Shown here: positions 50,088 through 58,219 of the stretch, piece after piece
How the letters are laid out: every line of letters starts with the position of its first letter
Position numbering within the stretch: position 1 is the first letter of the stretch
Assembly: GCA_937864465.1 (NCBI GenBank)
Contig: CALMJU010000082.1
Span: 41,155 to 105,154 of the forward strand
Direction of reading: 5' to 3'
Length of the DNA: 64,000 bases
Source of the DNA: an uncultured Acidobacteriota bacterium
GTDB taxonomy: Bacteria > Acidobacteriota > Polarisedimenticolia > Polarisedimenticolales > JAIQFR01
Made by a program: the position numbers and the translations under genes
Notes under the pieces: generated by a model
Database searches by the model: none
The model's input: only the letters and a program-made list of their open reading frames with translations
What the model was told of the DNA's origin: nothing

Positions 50088-50096
50088 TGCTATACT
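50088..50096 (+). promoter_or_regulatory. Extended -10 promoter candidate (TGCTATACT) for hfq
   Basis: TGC+TATACT at 50088-50096, 32 nt upstream of ATG 50128. Confidence 0.4.
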
Positions 50097-50127
50097 CCTT
50101 CGGAATCGACGGGATCCGGAGGGCGCG

Positions 50128-50424
50128 ATGGGCGACGACGGGGGCAACCTCCAGAACGACTTCTTCAATCACGCGAGGAAGGATCGCCGGGCCGTGACGA
50201 TCTTCCTGCTCAACGGCAAGAGGCTGACAGGGCGCATCAAGGGATTCGACAAGTTCACGCTGATGCTCGACGGACCGCAGGGCGAGCTGATGGTCTTCAA
50301 GCACGCGATCTCGAGCGTGAGCGCGTCGTCGGACGGCGAGGCATGGGCCCACGCCGACGACGAGGCGGTTCCCCGGGACGAGGCCGCGAGCCGATCGGAC
50401 CGGCCCGCGGCCGGGAAGTCCTGA
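50128..50424 (+). CDS. hfq: RNA chaperone Hfq
   Basis: 98 aa. The Sm1/Sm2 region is LQNDFFNHARKDRRAVTIFLLNGKRLTGRIKGFDKFTLML...VFKHAIS. It shows the classic miaA-hfq synteny. Confidence 0.92.
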   Translation: MGDDGGNLQNDFFNHARKDRRAVTIFLLNGKRLTGRIKGFDKFTLMLDGPQGELMVFKHAISSVSASSDGEAWAHADDEAVPRDEAASRSDRPAAGKS

Positions 50425-50433
50425 GCCGGAGCC

Positions 50434-51885
50434 TCAGCGCCGGAAGAACCCCTTCCTCTCACCTTCCCCGTTCGAGGGGCCCGCGGCGGGGGCGCCGGCG
50501 GTGAGCTCGCGGACCCGGGCGGTCAGCCGCTCGATCTTGGCCTCGTACTCCTGGCGCACCAGCTGGATCTGGCGGGTGAGCCGCTCGTTCTCCGCCTTCA
50601 GCGAGACGACCTCCTCCGCCGGCGAGGCCGCGCCGGACCGGCCCGCGATCTCGGCGCGCAGGCGCCCGATCTCCGAGTCCCGGTCCTCGATCTCGTGTCG
50701 ATAGCGCTCCTGGAGGTCGTCGTAGAGCTTCCGGATCTCCTGCAGCTCCACGATCCTGGAGAAGTCGCTCAACGGTTCGGCCATGGCGGATCCTTCCTCG
50801 GCACCCTTGTGCTCGGACGCGAACAGGAACTTCCGGAGCATCAGATCGAGATCGTTCGAGCGGGCGCTCGCCGCGAGGGCGCACTCCTTCGTGACCACGC
50901 CGTTCAGCACGAGCGCCGCCAGGGACTGGTTCATGGACTGCATCCTGTGGTAGGCGACGGAGCTCTCGATCTCCTCCTCCATCGCCTCGAGGTTCCCCTC
51001 CGTGATGAGCTTCGAGATCCTCGGCGTCTGGCGCAGGATCTCGACGGCCGCGACGAGCCCCTCGCCGTCGCGCCGCTCGACCAGCTTCATCGAGACGACC
51101 GCCTGGAGCACGAGGGCGAGCTGCTGGCGGATCTGGCGGTGGTGCCCCTCGGGAAACATGTCGACGATGCGGTCGATCGTCTGGGCGGCGCTGTTCGTGT
51201 GCAGGGTCGAGAAGATCAGATGCCCGGTCTCGGCCGCCGTCAGCACCGTCTGCACGGTCGTGAGATCGCGCATCTCGCCGACCATGATCACGTCGGGATC
51301 CTGCCGGAGGACGTTGCGGAGGGCTTCCGAGAAGCTCGGCGTGTCGGTGCCGACCTCGCGCTGCGTGATCGCGCCGAGGTTGTCGCGGAGCAGGAACTCG
51401 ATCGGGTCCTCGATCGTCACGATGTGCGCGAGGCGCGTGTTGGCGATGAGGCGCAGGAGCGCCGCGAGGGTGGAGGACTTTCCGGATCCCGTGGGCCCCG
51501 TGATGAGCACGAGCCCCTGCGGGAGCTGCGCGAACTCCGCGAGGACCGGAGGCAGTCCCCAGTCCTCGATCGTCGGGAAATCGAAGGGCACGCGGCGGAA
51601 GATCGCGGACCGGGTTCCCCTCTGCTGGAAGACGGAGGCGCGGAAGCGGGAGACGCCGGGAAGGCTGTAGCCGAAGTCGACCGCCATCCGCTCCTCGAGG
51701 GTGCGCGTCTGCGCGTCGGTCAGGATCGACGCGATCATCTCCCGGATGAGGTCCGGCTGGAGCGGGTCGGTCTTGAGGGGCAGGAGCTTCCCGTAGACCC
51801 GGACGAGCGGCGGCCTCATCGGCTTGATGTGGAGGTCCGAGGCCTGCTGCTTCACCATGAACCGGAGCAGGTCGTCGATCTTCAT
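50434..51885 (-). CDS. pilT: PilT-family retraction-type ATPase with ~130-aa C-terminal coiled-coil extension
   Basis: 483 aa with Walker A GPTGSGKSSTLAA, Asp and His boxes (MVGEMRD, TGHLIFSTLHT) and a PilT-like AIRNLIRE-type region. A heptad-rich tail follows (IEDRDSEIGRLRAEI...LKAENERLTRQIQLVRQEYEAKIERLTARVREL). Confidence 0.9.
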   Translation of the reverse strand: MKIDDLLRFMVKQQASDLHIKPMRPPLVRVYGKLLPLKTDPLQPDLIREMIASILTDAQTRTLEERMAVDFGYSLPGVSRFRASVFQQRGTRSAIFRRVPFDFPTIEDWGLPPVLAEFAQLPQGLVLITGPTGSGKSSTLAALLRLIANTRLAHIVTIEDPIEFLLRDNLGAITQREVGTDTPSFSEALRNVLRQDPDVIMVGEMRDLTTVQTVLTAAETGHLIFSTLHTNSAAQTIDRIVDMFPEGHHRQIRQQLALVLQAVVSMKLVERRDGEGLVAAVEILRQTPRISKLITEGNLEAMEEEIESSVAYHRMQSMNQSLAALVLNGVVTKECALAASARSNDLDLMLRKFLFASEHKGAEEGSAMAEPLSDFSRIVELQEIRKLYDDLQERYRHEIEDRDSEIGRLRAEIAGRSGAASPAEEVVSLKAENERLTRQIQLVRQEYEAKIERLTARVRELTAGAPAAGPSNGEGERKGFFRR

Positions 51886-51938
51886 CGTCTCGGAAATGGC
51901 GGATCCCTCCTCCGGCGTCCCGCGGCCGCGCCGCCTTC

Positions 51939-51967
51939 AACATAAAAGCCGGTCCTCGCCGAGTCAA
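51939..51967 (-). promoter_or_regulatory. Sigma-70-type promoter candidate (TTGACT-17-TATGTT) for pilT
   Basis: On the minus strand, -35 TTGACT lies at 51967-51962, followed by a 17-nt spacer and -10 TATGTT at 51944-51939. It is about 54 nt upstream of ATG 51885. Confidence 0.5.
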
Positions 51968-51988
51968 TCGAAAAAGGGAGGCCCGCGT

Positions 51989-52017
51989 TTGACCGCGCGG
52001 GGGGGGTGGGCTATAAC
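51989..52017 (+). promoter_or_regulatory. Sigma-70-type promoter candidate (TTGACC-17-TATAAC) for mutS2
   Basis: -35 at 51989-51994, a 17-nt spacer, and -10 at 52012-52017. It lies 60 nt upstream of ATG 52077. Confidence 0.55.
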
Positions 52018-52076
52018 GCCGCCGCCGTCTCCCCGGGTATCGTCGGGGCCCCAGAGGGGCGCGGCGGGAGGATCGG

Positions 52077-54491
52077 ATGGCTGGCGTCGCGCCGAGGCTC
52101 GATCTCGACGCGGAGTCGCGGCGGGCGCTGGAGTTCGATGCCGTCCTCGATGCCGTGGCGGGGCATGCGGTCACGGGGATAGGCGCTTCGCGGGTTCGGG
52201 CGCTCGAGCCTGTCGCGGACGCCGCGGCGCTCCGGGCGGCCCACGGAGCGGTCGAGGAGGCGTCCCGGCACGTCGCCCGCCTGGGGCGGCTGCTCCCGGG
52301 GGGCCTTCCGGATCCGGAGCCGGCCCTTCGCGCCCTGGCGGTCGAGGGTCTCGCCGTCGAGGCCCTCGCGCTCCGGGATCTGGCCTCGGTGCTCCACGCC
52401 GCGGCGGATGTCCGCGCCGCCCTCTCGCGGCTGCCCGCCGACGAGTACCCGGCCCTTCGCGCCCTGGGGGCGTCGGTGCCGGACCTGCGCTCGGAGGCGG
52501 GCCTGGTGCTCGCCGGCATCGGACCCGAGGGGAGGCTCGCGGACGACGCGAGTCCCGAGCTGCGGCGCATCCGGCGCGCGATCGCGCGCGTCGGCGAGCA
52601 TCTGCGCCGCATGCTGGAGTCTCGCCTGCGCGAGCCGGGCGCCGAGGCGGTGATCCGGGACGAGTTCGTGACCCAGCGGAACGGGAGGTTCGTGATCCCC
52701 GTCCGGGCGGACGCGCCCAGGGCCGTGAGGGGGATCGTGCACGCCGCGTCCTCGTCCGGCGCGACGCTGTTCGTCGAGCCCCTCGACTCCGTGGAGCCGA
52801 ACAACGAGCTGGTCCGGCTGACCGAGGAGGAGACGGCGGAGAGCGGGCGCGTGCTCGAGGGGTGGGCGCGGCGGCTCCGGGACCGAGGGGAGGAGGTGTT
52901 CCGGGCCGTCGAGCGGCTCTCGGAGGCGGACTCGCTGCAGGCGCGGGCCCTGTTCGCCGCCGCGACGGGAGCGGTGCGGCCCGAGGTCGAAGAGGGGCGA
53001 CCGCTGCTGCTCCGGGACGCGCGGCACCCGCTCCTCGAGCGCCGGCTGCGCGAGCAGGGGAAGGACTGCGTGCCCGTCTCCTTCGCGCTCGACCCGGCGG
53101 ACCAGGTCCTCGTCGTGTCGGGGCCGAACGCCGGCGGGAAGACGGTCGCGCTGAAAACCTTCGGCCTCGCCGCGCTGATGGCGCACGCGGGGCTCCCCGT
53201 GCTGGCGGCGGAGGCGAGGCTCCCGCTCTTCCGCCAGGCCCGGGCGGACATCGGGGACCACCAGTCGATCGAGGCCGACCTCTCGACTTTCACGGCTCAC
53301 GTGAAGGCGGTGGGGAGCTTCCTCGCGGGGCTCGCGCCTCCCGCACTCCTGCTGTTCGACGAGATCGGGACCGGCACCGAGCCGACCGAGGGGGGATCGC
53401 TGGCGCAGGCCGTTCTCGAGAAGCTGCGGCGGTCCGGCGTGACGGCGGTCGCGACGACGCACCTGGCCGCCCTGAAGGCGTGGGCCTTCACGACCCCGGG
53501 CGCCGCGAGCGCGGCGATGGAATTCGACGAGGAGACGCTGCGGCCGACGTTCCGGATCCTGATGGGAGCGGCGGGCGTGTCGGCGGGGATCGAGATCGCC
53601 TCGCGCCTCGGCCTTTCGGGGGAGATCGTCGCGCGAGCGCGCGCCCTGATGGGGGAAGGAGGACGCCGCGCCGAGTCGTTCCTCGCGAGGATCCGGGACC
53701 TGACGGCGGAGATCGAGGAGCGCCGCTCGGCGCTCGTCGCCGACGGGGAGGCGCTGAGGGAGGAGCGGAGGAGGATCGCGGCGCGCGCCGAGGCCGACGC
53801 GGAGAGGATTCGGCGAGAGGCCGCCCGCGAGCTCGAGGAGGCGCTTGCGGAGTTCCGCGAGCAGAGCTTGAGGGAGATCCGGGCGATCCGGGACAGGCGG
53901 GAGCGGCTGCGAGCCGAGAAGGACCAGGTGCGGTCCGAGATGCGGCTGCGCGCGGAGCTGTCGAGAAAGGTCGGCCGGCTCGCGCCGCCGGCAGCGGACG
54001 GGCCCCCGGCCCTCTCCGGGCCGTTCGAGCCCAGGCGGGGAGCGCCGGTCCTCGTGCGCTCCCTCGACCGGGAGGGAATCGTCGCCGACGTGAAGGGGGA
54101 GAGAGTCGAGGTGCGGTTCGGGAGCGTGGGGCTGACCGTGCGGAGGAGCGACCTGCGGCCCGCCGGGGAGGCGGCGAAGGAGGGGGCTCGGGGCGCGGGC
54201 TCCCCTCGGCCCGCGGGCGCGGCGAGGGGACCCGGCCTCGACGACGACGTCCCGCTCGAGATCGTCGTGATCGGCAAGACCGTGGACGAGGCGCTGCCGG
54301 AGATCGACCGTTTCCTCGACCGGGCCGCGATGGCCGGGAGGAACGAGGTCCGGATCGTCCACGGCCACGGGACGGGAAGGCTGCGCTCGGCGGTGCGCCG
54401 GTTCCTCGCGGGCCACGCGCACGTCGCCTCGCACCGGCCGGGTGCGCCGCGCGAGGGGGGCGACGGGGCGACGGTCGTGGAGGTGCGCTGA
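52077..54491 (+). CDS. mutS2: Endonuclease MutS2 (MutS domain + C-terminal Smr)
   Basis: 804 aa with Walker A GPNAGGKT, the MutS family motif DEIGTGTEPTEG, a coiled-coil linker, and a C-terminal Smr domain (IVHGHGTGRLRSAV). Confidence 0.95.
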   Translation: MAGVAPRLDLDAESRRALEFDAVLDAVAGHAVTGIGASRVRALEPVADAAALRAAHGAVEEASRHVARLGRLLPGGLPDPEPALRALAVEGLAVEALALRDLASVLHAAADVRAALSRLPADEYPALRALGASVPDLRSEAGLVLAGIGPEGRLADDASPELRRIRRAIARVGEHLRRMLESRLREPGAEAVIRDEFVTQRNGRFVIPVRADAPRAVRGIVHAASSSGATLFVEPLDSVEPNNELVRLTEEETAESGRVLEGWARRLRDRGEEVFRAVERLSEADSLQARALFAAATGAVRPEVEEGRPLLLRDARHPLLERRLREQGKDCVPVSFALDPADQVLVVSGPNAGGKTVALKTFGLAALMAHAGLPVLAAEARLPLFRQARADIGDHQSIEADLSTFTAHVKAVGSFLAGLAPPALLLFDEIGTGTEPTEGGSLAQAVLEKLRRSGVTAVATTHLAALKAWAFTTPGAASAAMEFDEETLRPTFRILMGAAGVSAGIEIASRLGLSGEIVARARALMGEGGRRAESFLARIRDLTAEIEERRSALVADGEALREERRRIAARAEADAERIRREAARELEEALAEFREQSLREIRAIRDRRERLRAEKDQVRSEMRLRAELSRKVGRLAPPAADGPPALSGPFEPRRGAPVLVRSLDREGIVADVKGERVEVRFGSVGLTVRRSDLRPAGEAAKEGARGAGSPRPAGAARGPGLDDDVPLEIVVIGKTVDEALPEIDRFLDRAAMAGRNEVRIVHGHGTGRLRSAVRRFLAGHAHVASHRPGAPREGGDGATVVEVR

Positions 54492-54502
54492 GGCCGGCGC
54501 CC

Positions 54503-54928
54503 TCAGGGCTCCCGGAACACGTCCGACCAGTACGCGAGGTCCTCGTCGCCGCGGGGCTTCTCGTCCGCTCGCCCGGCCAGGAGGCGCTCCCGGAAGCGGT
54601 CGCATCTCTCGACCCGCGCGCCCAGGTGACGGCAGCGCTCGGCCAGGGCGCGATCGTTCGTGACGACCGTGAATCCCCTCCGGTCCGCCTCCGCGCGGAG
54701 CCTCTCGAGGATCAGGTCGTCCGCGGCGCGGCCCGGTCCCGCGTAGAGCGCGTCGCTCCCCGCCGAGGCGCCGGCGGGGGCGGAGCCGTCGAAGACGACG
54801 AGGATGCTCCGCCGATCGCGGAGCGCGAGGCGGGCGATCTCCCGCCCGAGGAGCCGGCGCTCCTCGTCGGTGCGGGAGCGACCCGGCCAGGAGCCGAGCA
54901 GGTTGTCGCCGTCCACGATCCTGGGCAC
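54503..54928 (-). CDS. NYN/PIN-like domain protein (YacP/Rae1-like)
   Basis: 141 aa. The pattern IVDGDNLL...VVFDG...TVVTNDRAL matches the acidic residues of YacP-like NYN nucleases. Confidence 0.78.
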   Translation of the reverse strand: MPRIVDGDNLLGSWPGRSRTDEERRLLGREIARLALRDRRSILVVFDGSAPAGASAGSDALYAGPGRAADDLILERLRAEADRRGFTVVTNDRALAERCRHLGARVERCDRFRERLLAGRADEKPRGDEDLAYWSDVFREP

Positions 54929-54938
54929 GGCGATCCCT

Positions 54939-56408
54939 TCACCCCTGGAAGAGGCCGCGGAGGATCCCCTCCGAGGGCGGCTCCGGGACGACGTTTCCCA
55001 TCTCCTCGGCGGCCGCGGCGGCTTCGCGGCTCGACGGGTCCCAGCGGAGCGCCTCCCGGAACAGCCCGGCGGCCTCGGCCTTGCGCCCCGTCTTCCGGCA
55101 CAGCTGCCCGAGCGCGAGATAGGCGGACGTCAGCGAGGGATCGATCGCCAGGGCGGCGATCAGGTGGCGCTCCGCCTCCTGCCGTCGGCGGGGCAGCCTG
55201 GCGAGGGCGACCGCGTACTCGAGATGGTGGGCCGCGACCGTGTCGTCGAGGCGCACGGCATTCTCGAGGAACGTGAGGGCCTCCGTATAGTGCCGCCGGT
55301 CGGCGAGCTGCTTCCCCTTCAGATAGTTCTGCCTCGCGATGTGCGCCTGGTCCGAGGCCGCGCGGACCGCCGCCGCGCGCTCGGGCGACGCGACGGCGAT
55401 CTGCTGGTCGTACTCCGCCCGCTGCGCCGGGTTCCCCAGCGTGTTGTACGCCTCGGTGACCTTGGTGAAGTACCGCTCGACGCGGCCGAGGAGATCCTGG
55501 AGCGGCCCGGACCGGAACCGGTCGGGGTGGTAGCGGCGGGCGAGGGCGTAGTAGGCGTCGCGGATCCGGTCGCGTGGGGCCCCCTGGCTCAGCCCGAGCA
55601 CCCCATAGTAGTCCGCGTCGAGCGCGATCGCCAGCCGGGACTCGACCTCCTCGCGTGAGAGCGGCGCGTCCGCCGCGACCGACGACATGTCGGCGATCCG
55701 GCTGCCTCCCGGATCGAGGATCCCCGCGAGCAGGAGGCCGTAGATGGCGCGCAGGGTCCTCTCCTCTCCCGCCGGAGAGGACCGGGCGATCTCCGCGACC
55801 GACCGGGAGCCGTCGGCCCGGGCGAGAACGTCGCTCGTCGCCTCGTCGAGATCGAGGGAGTGCCGGAGCTCGCCGCCTTGCGGGGCCGGGAGGGGGCGGA
55901 GGTCCGGGCGGCCGATGCGCGCGCGCACCGTCTCGAGGGAGGAGGGATAACGCTTGGCGTGCGAGAGGATGGCCGCCACCGGGGAGATCCGGACGGTCGT
56001 CTCCCCCTCGAGGTTCGGCTGCCCCTCGGAGAACTCGATCCTCCCGTCCGGCCACTCGAGGCACGAGGAGAGGAGCGTCTCGACGTGCCGCTGCATCGCG
56101 GCGCGCAGCGCCTCGGGCGCCGCGAAGCTCTTCTCGAGCACGACGACGGAGATCCCCGACCGGCGGGTCTTCGCCTCGCAGTCGGCCGCGACCCGGTCGG
56201 AGGGGGAGAGATCGCCGGACCGGACCAGAACCTCGGCGAACTGCTCCTCGAGCAGGTTCGAGGCCGCGAACGTCAGCCAGCCGCGCTCCATGCAGAACAG
56301 GCGCCGGAGCTTCCCCCGCGTGGCGGTCACGATCCCCGACCCCCGCTCCCGGGCGACCCGGGTGAGGGTGGCCGCGAGGTCCGAGAACGGTCGGCCGGTC
56401 CCCGTCAT
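54939..56408 (-). CDS. DUF4388-like N-domain / J-domain / TPR protein
   Basis: 489 aa from ATG 56408. The central J-domain is DYYGVLGLSQGAPRDRIRDAYYALARRYHPDRF. TPR-like repeats are C-terminal. The N-terminal ~230 aa resembles DUF4388 (PatA-N-like). Confidence 0.78.
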   Translation of the reverse strand: MTGTGRPFSDLAATLTRVARERGSGIVTATRGKLRRLFCMERGWLTFAASNLLEEQFAEVLVRSGDLSPSDRVAADCEAKTRRSGISVVVLEKSFAAPEALRAAMQRHVETLLSSCLEWPDGRIEFSEGQPNLEGETTVRISPVAAILSHAKRYPSSLETVRARIGRPDLRPLPAPQGGELRHSLDLDEATSDVLARADGSRSVAEIARSSPAGEERTLRAIYGLLLAGILDPGGSRIADMSSVAADAPLSREEVESRLAIALDADYYGVLGLSQGAPRDRIRDAYYALARRYHPDRFRSGPLQDLLGRVERYFTKVTEAYNTLGNPAQRAEYDQQIAVASPERAAAVRAASDQAHIARQNYLKGKQLADRRHYTEALTFLENAVRLDDTVAAHHLEYAVALARLPRRRQEAERHLIAALAIDPSLTSAYLALGQLCRKTGRKAEAAGLFREALRWDPSSREAAAAAEEMGNVVPEPPSEGILRGLFQG

Positions 56409-57520
56409 CGCCGGTCTTCGGACGAGATCTCCGCCGCGAAGCGACGGCAGAGATCCGTGAGGTCCGCGCTGAAGGCGAACCGGAGCGCGGGATCGAGGTC
56501 GTCCCCCTCCCCGAGACGCTCGAGCGCGTTCTGGAGCGCCCCGAACCCCCTCTCGCGCTCGAGGAACGCCACGAAGGCGAGGGCGGCCGGGTAGGAGAGC
56601 TCCTCCCGGCGCGTCCAGGAGGAGGGGTCCGCTCCCGCGATCGCCGCGGCGACGCGCGCGCGGTCCTCGCGCCCGATCGTCCGGCCCTCGAACCTCTGGG
56701 CGAGCCCCTCTTGGAGCCAGCGCGGGCAGTTGCCGCGTGTCTTCGAGTGGACGACGGCGTGGGTCAGCTCGTGAGTCAGGATCGCCTGGGCGCGCGGATC
56801 GAGGCGGCGGATCCCGCCGAGCGGAACCCGGATCTTCCCGTCGTAGATCCCCCCGACCCTCTCCGGCGCCTGGGTCACGTCGCGGAACTCGCGGTTGGGA
56901 TAGAGGAGCACCGTGATCGGCTGGGGCGCGCCGTGGCGGAAGGCGTCGGAGAGGTCCCGGTAGCGGTCCTCCAGCCATCTCGCGATCTCCGCCGCCAGGT
57001 CGGGATCGAGGTCCCCGTCGTGCCGGAGATTGAAGTGGGGCGTGGCCGAGAACGTGTAGCCGCGCCCGGCCTGGAGCTCCCGCTCGGCCTTGACGATCTT
57101 CTCCCGGAGCCGGTCGTTCGGCGCCAGCCGGAACGCTTCGCTCCAGGCCCGGAGCGCTCCGTCCACGTCCTCCTGCCGGTTCCGGAGATCGCCGAAGATC
57201 TCGAGGAGGCCGGAGCTCTCCGGCTCCGCGGCCAGCCCGTCCAGGACGACCGAGAGCGCCGACTCGTCCCGTCCGAGGCGGATCTCCGCGAGGGCCAGCC
57301 CCACCCGCGCGTCGTTCGAGGAGGGGACCAGGTCCAGCGCCGCCCGGAAGAAGGAGGCGGCGGACTCGAAGTCGCTCGCCCGGAGCGCAGCCGAGCCCTT
57401 CTCGAGCTTCGCCGCGGCCTCTTCCTCCCGGCCGGGCGCGCCCGTGGTCGGGAGCGCGACCGAAGCCGCCGCGAGGAGGAAGGCCGCGAGCGCGAGACGG
57501 CGCTCCGGAGCTCGGGTCAT
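56405..57520 (-). CDS. Secreted TPR + MA-clan metallopeptidase-like protein (HExxH)
   Basis: 371 aa from ATG 57520 with a signal peptide and N-terminal TPR-like repeats. It has the HELTH motif (ILTHELTHAVV) followed by a WLQEGLAQ glutamate. Confidence 0.68.
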   Translation of the reverse strand: MTRAPERRLALAAFLLAAASVALPTTGAPGREEEAAAKLEKGSAALRASDFESAASFFRAALDLVPSSNDARVGLALAEIRLGRDESALSVVLDGLAAEPESSGLLEIFGDLRNRQEDVDGALRAWSEAFRLAPNDRLREKIVKAERELQAGRGYTFSATPHFNLRHDGDLDPDLAAEIARWLEDRYRDLSDAFRHGAPQPITVLLYPNREFRDVTQAPERVGGIYDGKIRVPLGGIRRLDPRAQAILTHELTHAVVHSKTRGNCPRWLQEGLAQRFEGRTIGREDRARVAAAIAGADPSSWTRREELSYPAALAFVAFLERERGFGALQNALERLGEGDDLDPALRFAFSADLTDLCRRFAAEISSEDRR

Positions 57521-58098
57521 CGGAGGACCTCGTCGATCTTCTTCGGCAGGGGCCCGCGGCCGGAAGGGCGGAGAGGTGCGGGAAGGTCCGCCGCCTCCGA
57601 GGCCAGGCGGGACGTGCCGTACGAGCCCCAGCAGATCCGGTAGCAGCCGTCGCCGCGCTCCGGCGCGGAGAGCACGTAGAGCGAGCCGCCGCGCTCTCTT
57701 CGGAGGAGGCGCCGGACGTTCTCCGCGGAGCACGCGACCAGGATCTGCGCGGTGAACTTTCCGGAGGACCGCCGGAGGCGGGCCCCGTCCTCCGAGGCGC
57801 GCCGGGACAGGTCCTCCTCCGCCGGCGCCGGCGGGGGCTCCGTGGCGGGTGCGGGGCGCTCCTCGACCGGCACCGGCCTCGGAGGGAGGATCTGCGGCTC
57901 CGTCCTCTCGGCGGGCGCCTGCCGCGCCTGCGGCGCGCGCGGCGCGGGCTCGTGCGGGGCGGAGCGGAGCGCGAGCCCCGCCACGAGGATGCAGGCGACG
58001 GTGGCGAACAGGACCCCGGTTGCGACGCCGCTCCCGGCGCCTCCTCCGGTCCCGGCCTCGTCACGCGCGCCCGCCGGCTCCCGCTCGCGATCCGCCAC
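57517..58098 (-). CDS. Bitopic membrane protein with Pro-rich linker and C-terminal SPOR-like domain
   Basis: GTG 58098 has the RBS GGGAGGGAG upstream; the track start TTG 58128 is the alternative. The TM helix is VATGVLFATVACILVAGLAL. The C-terminal segment FTAQILVACSAENVRRLL...YRICWGSYGTSRLA is SPOR-like. Confidence 0.6.
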   Translation of the reverse strand: MADREREPAGARDEAGTGGGAGSGVATGVLFATVACILVAGLALRSAPHEPAPRAPQARQAPAERTEPQILPPRPVPVEERPAPATEPPPAPAEEDLSRRASEDGARLRRSSGKFTAQILVACSAENVRRLLRRERGGSLYVLSAPERGDGCYRICWGSYGTSRLASEAADLPAPLRPSGRGPLPKKIDEVLR

Positions 58099-58174
58099 GT
58101 CTCCCTCCCTGCGCCCGTTCGACGTCAATATAGTCCCGTCGCCGGGCGCACGGCATTGTACCCGGGGGCTGCGC

Positions 58175-58180
58175 TACAAT
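58175..58180 (+). promoter_or_regulatory. -10 element candidate (TACAAT) for nadB
   Basis: TACAAT lies 40 nt upstream of GTG 58220. The nearby TTGTAC is only 13 nt away, which is the wrong spacing, so only the -10 is supported. Confidence 0.3.
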
Positions 58181-58219
58181 CGCGGCGCTCCTTCGCGGAG
58201 AGCATCGAGAGGGTCGAGC

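Noticed and set aside
46059-55276. Very long ORFs 46059..48578 -, 46595..49120 + (the upstream part), 50459..53293 -, 51824..55276 +, 52011..54605 - and 54712..56064 -.
   Set aside because: They are Arg/Pro/Gly-rich shadows of SpoIID, pilT, mutS2 and the J-domain gene. In 46595..50062 only the terminal ~311 codons are MiaA.
58156-58180. TTGTAC…TACAAT as a full -35/-10 promoter for nadB.
   Set aside because: The spacer is only 13 nt. Only the -10 hexamer is retained, as a weak candidate.
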